Source of the DNA: Candidatus Bathyarchaeia archaeon
GTDB lineage: Archaea > Thermoproteota > Bathyarchaeia > Bathyarchaeales > Bathycorpusculaceae
Direction: 5' to 3'
Assembly (NCBI GenBank): GCA_038882975.1
Contig: JAVZNE010000002.1
Coordinates: 64,001-128,000, forward strand
DNA: 64,000 nt
In this document: in pieces, positions 58,184 to 64,000 of the stretch
Position numbering within the stretch: the first letter of the stretch is position 1
Layout of the letters: every line of letters begins with the position of its first letter
Notes under the pieces: generated by a model
Databases searched by the model: none
Seen by the model: only the letters and a program-made list of their open reading frames with translations
Told to the model about the DNA's origin: nothing
Position numbers and translations under genes: made by a program

Positions 58184-60271
58184 TTAAGCGATTAGCAGGA
58201 GAATCAGTGGAGCGAAGACTTCGGCTACCAGCGACATAACTGTAATCATTGTGTTTAGTGATGGCCCAGCTGTGTCCTTGAAGGGGTCTCCGACAGTGTC
58301 GCCAGTCACAGCAGCCTTGTGGGCTTCTGAACCTTTTCCGCCATGCGCTCCAGCCTCAATATATTTTTTGGCGTTGTCCCAAAGCCCGCCAGCATTAGCC
58401 ATAAACAAGGCGAAGATTATGCCAGTAACAATGCTTCCAGCCAAGAATCCCGCCAAAGCCTCTTTTCCAAGCGCAATCAATGTTATGATGGGAACGATTA
58501 TGGCTAGTAGGCACGGAAGCATAAGCTCTTTTATGGCGCCTTTAGTAGCTATGTCCACACATCGGGCGTAGTCAGGCTTGGCTTTGCCCTCCATAAGCCC
58601 TGGAATCTCCTTGAACTGGCGCCTAACCTCCTCAACCATTCTCTCGGCATTTCGTCCCACAGCCAAAATTAGTAAGGCTGATAGAAGCGGGGGCATCATA
58701 CCACCCAAGAAAATGCCAGCAACCATTTTTGGATCCATTAAATTAAGAGTTAACTCTGTATTAAGTAGGTGCTCGACTAGCTCTTTGTAGGCACCAAAAA
58801 GCGCAAGAACCGTTAGAGCTGCGGCACCTATGGCGAAGCCCTTGGTTATGGCTTTTGTTGTATTCCCTGCCGCGTCTAACCTATCTGCAACTTCGATAAC
58901 CTCTTCACCTAAACCTGACTGTTCAGCTATGCCTTTTGCATTATCGGAAACTGGTCCGTAAGCATCTGCCGATATCGTCATTCCAACAGTTGCAAGCATT
59001 CCTACAGCAGCTATTGCAATGCCATAGACAACATCGACCCCAAAGGCTGCAGCCAAGTTCCACGCGGCAATAGTGGCAGCGCAGATGCCAATTACGGGTG
59101 GAACTATGCTCACAACACCGTAGGAAAATCCTGTAAGTATGTTTATCGCGGCACCGGTTGTTGAGGCTCTCGCCACCTTCTGTGCTGGCGCCCTATCAAT
59201 GGACGTGAAGTAGTCAGAGGTTATACCAATTATTACCCCAGCGACTAACCCAGCAACCGTTGGAAGAAACACCCCAAGCCATTGATTGTCCGGCAGTCCT
59301 GAAAACCGGGTAACAACAAATAGGAAGACAGCAAAGATTATCCATGTAGCGAATGATCCTCTGTTAAGGGCGGCTCCAGGATTTCCTTTAATACTTAACT
59401 TTACAATAAAAGCGCCTATTATTGAAGCGAAAAGTCCAACGGCAGCGATTAAAAGAGGCAATGCCACTAAGCTGCTCATGCCCATTGTTGCACCAATCAT
59501 CATAGCCGCCACGATGCTGGCAATGTATGAGTCAATTAAGTCAGCACCCATCCCCGCAACATCCCCAACATTATCCCCAACATTGTCTGCAATAACCGCT
59601 GGATTTCTCGGGTCATCCTCCGGAATCCCAAGCTCAACCTTCCCCACAAGATCTGCACTAATATCCGCAGTCTTAGTGTATATGCCTCCACCGGCTTTTG
59701 CAAAAAGCGCTAAAGCGCTAGCTCCAAAACTAAAACCCAAAACCATATGAGTAGCGTTGACTTGGATCTTTTCCGGTATCCAACCCAGCACTGGCGGCAG
59801 AACCATACTAAAAAGGTAATAGAGTAGACTTACTCCTAAAAGGGCTAAACCAACAATGAATAAGCCCATGACCGCACCGCCGTAAAAGGCCACAGGGAAA
59901 GCCTTTTTTAATCCTTGCCTCGCCGCATTGGCCGTCCTAACATTGGCCTCAACAGCCGCTATCATGCCTATATATGCAGCAACAGTTGTACAAAGAGAGC
60001 CGAAAAGATAGGCAACAGCCATACTTAGTCCAAATGTAAAACTTTCATAAAGAGTGTATAGCACTCCAAGAACAGCTGCCATTATGACGGCAAAGACAGC
60101 CAATGTCATATTCTGCCTTCTCAAATATGCTTTTGCGCCCTCTTTTATGGCGCTGGCAATCTCCCGCATGCGTTCAGTGCCACAATCTTGGCTGGCAACA
60201 TACTTGTATAGGTAAATAGCCAAGCCAACAGCAGCCAATCCGGCTATCGGCGTAACATAAAACCACTCCAT
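58184..60271 (-). CDS. hppA: Membrane-bound pyrophosphatase (K+-independent H+-PPase signature)
   Basis: [46 protein letters not shown]. Confidence 0.95.
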   Translation of the reverse strand: MEWFYVTPIAGLAAVGLAIYLYKYVASQDCGTERMREIASAIKEGAKAYLRRQNMTLAVFAVIMAAVLGVLYTLYESFTFGLSMAVAYLFGSLCTTVAAYIGMIAAVEANVRTANAARQGLKKAFPVAFYGGAVMGLFIVGLALLGVSLLYYLFSMVLPPVLGWIPEKIQVNATHMVLGFSFGASALALFAKAGGGIYTKTADISADLVGKVELGIPEDDPRNPAVIADNVGDNVGDVAGMGADLIDSYIASIVAAMMIGATMGMSSLVALPLLIAAVGLFASIIGAFIVKLSIKGNPGAALNRGSFATWIIFAVFLFVVTRFSGLPDNQWLGVFLPTVAGLVAGVIIGITSDYFTSIDRAPAQKVARASTTGAAINILTGFSYGVVSIVPPVIGICAATIAAWNLAAAFGVDVVYGIAIAAVGMLATVGMTISADAYGPVSDNAKGIAEQSGLGEEVIEVADRLDAAGNTTKAITKGFAIGAAALTVLALFGAYKELVEHLLNTELTLNLMDPKMVAGIFLGGMMPPLLSALLILAVGRNAERMVEEVRRQFKEIPGLMEGKAKPDYARCVDIATKGAIKELMLPCLLAIIVPIITLIALGKEALAGFLAGSIVTGIIFALFMANAGGLWDNAKKYIEAGAHGGKGSEAHKAAVTGDTVGDPFKDTAGPSLNTMITVMSLVAEVFAPLILLLIA

Positions 60272-60409
60272 ACACCGAACCTCTGCAAGCCGCTCCTTTT
60301 ACAAACCGTCTGAAATGAAACCCCAAGCTTATAAATTTACTGCAAAAACCTAGAAGGCTAGCGTATTTGTAAAGCAAAAGCAAGCACAAATATGACCTTG
60401 CCGGTAAAT

Positions 60410-60533
60410 TGGCGCCGGGGAGGGGATTCGAACCCCTGCGAGCCCGAAGGCCCACTGGCTCCCTTGTCAAAGCCCCTTCTAAACGGTTAGGCGGATCTCG
60501 AGGCCAGCGCGTTAACCACTCCGCCACCCCGGC
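60410..60533 (-). tRNA. tRNA-Ser(CGA) with 36-nt canonical intron (60461-60496) and encoded CCA
   Basis: GCCGGGG/CCCCGGC acceptor stem, CTGGC/GCCAG anticodon stem, CGA anticodon at 60498-60500, long variable arm, GTTCGAATCC T-arm. Confidence 0.95.
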
Positions 60534-60568
60534 CTCACAAATTAAGAAGGCATTTATTCTAAAAGGGT

Positions 60569-61372
60569 TTATGCCTTTAAAAGCGACGGGAAAAACCACT
60601 TTTTGCCTTCGACTTTCTTCTTTCCATCCCATTCATGTAAGATTCTAACGGCTTCGTTGGCTACTTTTATGACGTTTTCCTCGCCTTCGCCGGGTTTAAA
60701 TTCGCCAGTGCAGCGGTTAGCGTATACTGCGCAGACCGCCCCAGCCCTTAGTCCGTAAAGATTCGCAAGCGTGTAGAGGGTTGCGGTTTCCATTTCAAAG
60801 TTGAGGACGCCAGCCTTTTGCAAGGCTGGGATCATTTTGGCTGCTTCGGTTTTGGTTGGGCGGTTCTGTCCAGCGTAAAAGTCTGATGTTGTGGCTGTCA
60901 CGCCAACATGATAGTTGCCAATGCCGAGGCTTTCAGCCGCTTCAATCAGCGCTAAAAGAACTTCGTAATTGGCTGTGGCGGGGTATTCTGGCATTACGTA
61001 ACAGTTGCTTGTGCCGTCAAGGCGAACGGCAGCCGATGAAATAACGATGTCACCGCATTTCACACTTTTTTGAATGGCTCCACAGCTTCCAACACGGATA
61101 AAAGTGTGAACTCCTATGGCTGAAGCCTCATTAACAACTATTGCCATGCACGCTGGCCCAATACCGCTTGAAATGGCGGATATTGGAACCCCCCTATAAG
61201 TGCCAGTGAAACTCCGAAACTCTCTGTGGCATGAAACTTCTCTGGCTGAATCCCAGAATCCAGTTATTTTTGGAACACGGTCTGGGTCGCCTGGAACAAG
61301 CAGATACTCTGTCAAATCGCCTTTTCCACACGCTATGTGATACTGCTTGCCACTTGCTCCGGCTTGGTGCAT
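60569..61372 (-). CDS. udp: Uridine/nucleoside phosphorylase
   Basis: QYHI, PGDPDRV, HREF, RVGSCG, NFEME. Confidence 0.88.
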   Translation of the reverse strand: MHQAGASGKQYHIACGKGDLTEYLLVPGDPDRVPKITGFWDSAREVSCHREFRSFTGTYRGVPISAISSGIGPACMAIVVNEASAIGVHTFIRVGSCGAIQKSVKCGDIVISSAAVRLDGTSNCYVMPEYPATANYEVLLALIEAAESLGIGNYHVGVTATTSDFYAGQNRPTKTEAAKMIPALQKAGVLNFEMETATLYTLANLYGLRAGAVCAVYANRCTGEFKPGEGEENVIKVANEAVRILHEWDGKKKVEGKKWFFPSLLKA

Positions 61373-61376
61373 GAGG

Positions 61377-62405
61377 TTACCTCCCAGTTTGTAGTTTCTT
61401 GGGCATTGCCAAGTCCGCTATGTCGACACTATGCTCGTATATTTGATGGAGAGTTGAAATCGCAGCCAGAAGATGAGGCATTATCTCGAGACTTTGCGCT
61501 TTGGCATTTTTTTCAATGGCTGCTAAGGCTTTTTCTATTTTCTCCCTCATGTTCCGCACATCTTCTGCCAAGCCAGCATCACCAGCAAAGAAAGCCTTTA
61601 AAGCGTTTTCATGAGCCTCAAAACAGAGGGAATGAAATTCAACAATAAGCTTCTTCAATGTTTCATCCAGCTTTGCCCCCTTCAACTCTGCCACTTTAAA
61701 GGCCGTGCGCACACACTCGTCTCCAATGGTTTCTACAAGACTTGCGGCTAAACGGTAGTCGAGACATTCGATTGGCTGAACCCCAAGCTTTTCACTTAGA
61801 CTTGGATTCTGGATAATCGTTCTAAGAATCCTTACAAGGAGGAAGTAGAGCCTATTGACCTCCTCGTCGCGGGCTATTACACTTTTTGCCATAGACAAAT
61901 CGCCGTCAATAAGCGCATTTACAACATCCCGGTGCATACCCGCAACAATCGAGTAGCCCCTTCTTAAGATCTTTTCAGGTGGAAAACTGGAAGGCTCAAG
62001 CAAGCACTGCAAAACAATTTTTGAATAGTCCTCTTCAACTATTTCAAGGCCCACTAGGCGGCTGGCCGTCTTTTTAACACTCTCGCGAATCTCAAAGTTT
62101 ATGGGTTCTTTACCCTCCACGCGGATAATGTCGAATCCGAGCAAATATTTCCCAATGATTTCTCGGCTTAAATATGGCCCAGGCTTTAAAATAATAGTGC
62201 GGGGGGAGGGAGCTGCCCCATATTCCGGGTCTATAAGAAGTTTGCCATCGCTGGTTTCGTTTACCGCCACAACAGATCCGCGTTTCAATCCATATCGTTC
62301 AGCCCAATCCTTAGGGATGCAGACGAAGAAAGTGCCGCTTGGCGTCCGCTGAATCTTGCGAATGGTGCCCAATTTACACCACACCATAATGCGTGTATGC
62401 AACAA
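61377..62405 (-). CDS. Phosphate uptake regulator (AbrB + PhoU domains)
   Basis: RKIQRT..FVCIPKDWA AbrB domain; RDEEVNRLYFL, ETIGD; true start possibly TTG 62372. Confidence 0.88.
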   Translation of the reverse strand: MLHTRIMVWCKLGTIRKIQRTPSGTFFVCIPKDWAERYGLKRGSVVAVNETSDGKLLIDPEYGAAPSPRTIILKPGPYLSREIIGKYLLGFDIIRVEGKEPINFEIRESVKKTASRLVGLEIVEEDYSKIVLQCLLEPSSFPPEKILRRGYSIVAGMHRDVVNALIDGDLSMAKSVIARDEEVNRLYFLLVRILRTIIQNPSLSEKLGVQPIECLDYRLAASLVETIGDECVRTAFKVAELKGAKLDETLKKLIVEFHSLCFEAHENALKAFFAGDAGLAEDVRNMREKIEKALAAIEKNAKAQSLEIMPHLLAAISTLHQIYEHSVDIADLAMPKKLQTGR

Positions 62406-62455
62406 CGCGTATTAACAGATTTAAACAAAACTTCAATATATAAACTTAAGCATAA

Positions 62456-63052
62456 GTGTTGAAATTGAAGGACAAAGTTATAATTGGTATAGACTTGGCG
62501 GGCAAAGAGGAAAATCCAACGGGATTGGCAATTTGGCGAAATAAAACTGTGGAAACATGCCTAATTTACACAAACAAAGAAATTTTGGAAGAAGTATTTC
62601 AAGTAAACCCAAAAATTGTGGCAATAGATGCTCCACTAAAACTTCCAAAAAGTGGAATTTTTAGAAAAGCGGACAAGGAGCTCATCAAAAGGGGTTACCG
62701 CGTTTTTCCACCAGGCTTGCCAGCTATGAAAAAGCTAACCCTTCGGGCAATTGAGCTAAATAGGTTAATAATAAAGGGAGGCATACAAACAATAGAAGTG
62801 CACCCAACCTCAACAAGAAAGGCTTTGGGCATGCCGACAAAAGATTGGGAAGTCATTCAAAACATCCTAAAGTGCATAGGCCTAGCCGGGTCTCTAACCG
62901 AACATAGGCTAACGCCGCATGAAATAGACGCCATAACCGCAGCCCTAACGGGCGCGCTCTACATGGAAGACTTAACGGAATTTGTAGGTGACCATGAGGA
63001 AGGCTACATTGTAATTCCAATCAAACAAGATTGGAGGGAGATAAGGCTGTGA
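62456..63052 (+). CDS. DUF429 RNase H-fold predicted nuclease
   Basis: IGIDLAG, AIDAPL, IEVHP, HEIDAITAA. Confidence 0.85.
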   Translation: MLKLKDKVIIGIDLAGKEENPTGLAIWRNKTVETCLIYTNKEILEEVFQVNPKIVAIDAPLKLPKSGIFRKADKELIKRGYRVFPPGLPAMKKLTLRAIELNRLIIKGGIQTIEVHPTSTRKALGMPTKDWEVIQNILKCIGLAGSLTEHRLTPHEIDAITAALTGALYMEDLTEFVGDHEEGYIVIPIKQDWREIRL

Positions 63053-64000
63053 GCTCTTCGGAGAAGCTTCAAAAAGCTGTGGAACTCACCATCGCAGCGG
63101 GATACCAGCTTAACAAAGAGGCGTTTGAGTTCTTAAACGAGGCATCTGCCACCGAAGATCCCATTGAAATTATGAGTAAAGCTTTAGCCAAAATAGAAAC
63201 ATTGAAGGATAAGCCACTTTTTATCGAAAGAAGCCTTCTAGAAGAGCTTGTAAGAAAGGCTGAACGGATTGAAGGCTCTCCTTTAACACCACAACTAAAA
63301 GAAGCCCCTTCACAATCAATCCTTCAAGAACAGCTTGTACAGCCACAACTAATCATTGAAGGAAAGAGGCTTTTCCGCCCCTACGCCAAAGAAGTGGAAG
63401 CCGAAATCGAAGTTATTGAAGATGCTGGCAGTAAACTAAGCTCAAGCGGAACATTGGAGGATTACCTTGAATACTTTCGAGACAGATTTAACCGAATTGA
63501 AAAGTTGCTAAGACAGAGGATAGACGTGCGAGGAGCGGTTTCAATTGCTGAAGCGGCAAGGGCTCCGCCCAACACAAAACTCAAAGTAATCGGCATGATA
63601 ACAGAGAAAAGAGAGGCTAAACAAAAAATTCTCTTAACATTGGAAGATCTCAGCGCAAGCGCCACTGTTCTGGTGCCGCAAAATGCTCCCTCCGACCTTT
63701 TAACCAAGGCAAGAGCCCTTTTGTTGGATGAGATTATTTGTGTTAGCGTAACTAAAACTCGCGGAAAATTGTTAATAGCAGAAGACATAATCCTTCCAGA
63801 TGTTGCCCCCAAAAATCAGAATAAGGCTCCTGTACCTGTTTATGCTGTGCTCACCTCAGATCTGCACGTGGGCAGCTTAAAATTCCGGGAAGAGTTTTTC
63901 AATAGGTTTGTTTTGTGGCTGAAGGGCGAATACGGAAATAGGCAAATGCAGGAAATAGCCAGCCACGTAAAATATGTTTTGATAGCCGGTGACATCGTTG
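63049..64000 (+). CDS. polB: DNA polymerase D small subunit DP1, 3'-truncated (not in ORF track)
   Basis: GTG 63049; hand translation gives YFRDRF, VIGMITEKR..LEDLS (OB fold), TSDLHVGS and VLIAGDIV (phosphoesterase motifs). Confidence 0.93.
   Translation, partial: MSSSEKLQKAVELTIAAGYQLNKEAFEFLNEASATEDPIEIMSKALAKIETLKDKPLFIERSLLEELVRKAERIEGSPLTPQLKEAPSQSILQEQLVQPQLIIEGKRLFRPYAKEVEAEIEVIEDAGSKLSSSGTLEDYLEYFRDRFNRIEKLLRQRIDVRGAVSIAEAARAPPNTKLKVIGMITEKREAKQKILLTLEDLSASATVLVPQNAPSDLLTKARALLLDEIICVSVTKTRGKLLIAEDIILPDVAPKNQNKAPVPVYAVLTSDLHVGSLKFREEFFNRFVLWLKGEYGNRQMQEIASHVKYVLIAGDIV

Noticed and set aside
60300-60570. tRNA as an integration site
   Set aside because: No integrase nearby and no duplicated tRNA 3' end seen; flanks are housekeeping genes
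60174-60648. ORFs 60174-60632 (-) and 60409-60648 (+)
   Set aside because: They overlap the tRNA-Ser gene; spurious

Overview
Archaeal chromosomal window. PolD small subunit, DGGGP synthase, Spt5, eIF6 and an intron-containing tRNA establish archaeal origin. Gene order and content fit Bathyarchaeia (inference), and bpsA suggests a thermophile. There are three parts. (1) 1-22.9 kb is an anaerobic redox/catabolic island: three DMSO-reductase-family Mo/W enzymes with Fe-S partners, a TorD chaperone, an FwdF-like polyferredoxin, HdrA (fused to an MvhD domain that has lost its cysteine ligands), HdrB and HdrC. It continues with a pyrogallol-phloroglucinol transhydroxylase-like AthL/BthL pair, cupin, cyclase-family hydrolase, SDR, thiolase+DUF35, crotonase, CoA-transferase and an MFS transporter. 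Together these look like an archaeal polyhydroxybenzene (phloroglucinol-type) degradation system. (2) About 23.8-27.5 kb is a ~3.7 kb integrase-less insertion splitting the conserved rnp4-yhbY-rps19e operon. It carries a Zn-ribbon/LAGLIDADG/HTH protein, Sm-like, RHH and AbrB-like genes, orphan ORFs and an iteron-like repeat tract. (3) 27.5-64 kb is mostly housekeeping: ribosomal/translation clusters, polyamine genes, tRNA synthetases, lipid and sugar enzymes, transporters, tRNA-Ser(CGA) with an intron, and the start of PolD DP1. All family calls come from motif recognition by eye, not database searches.
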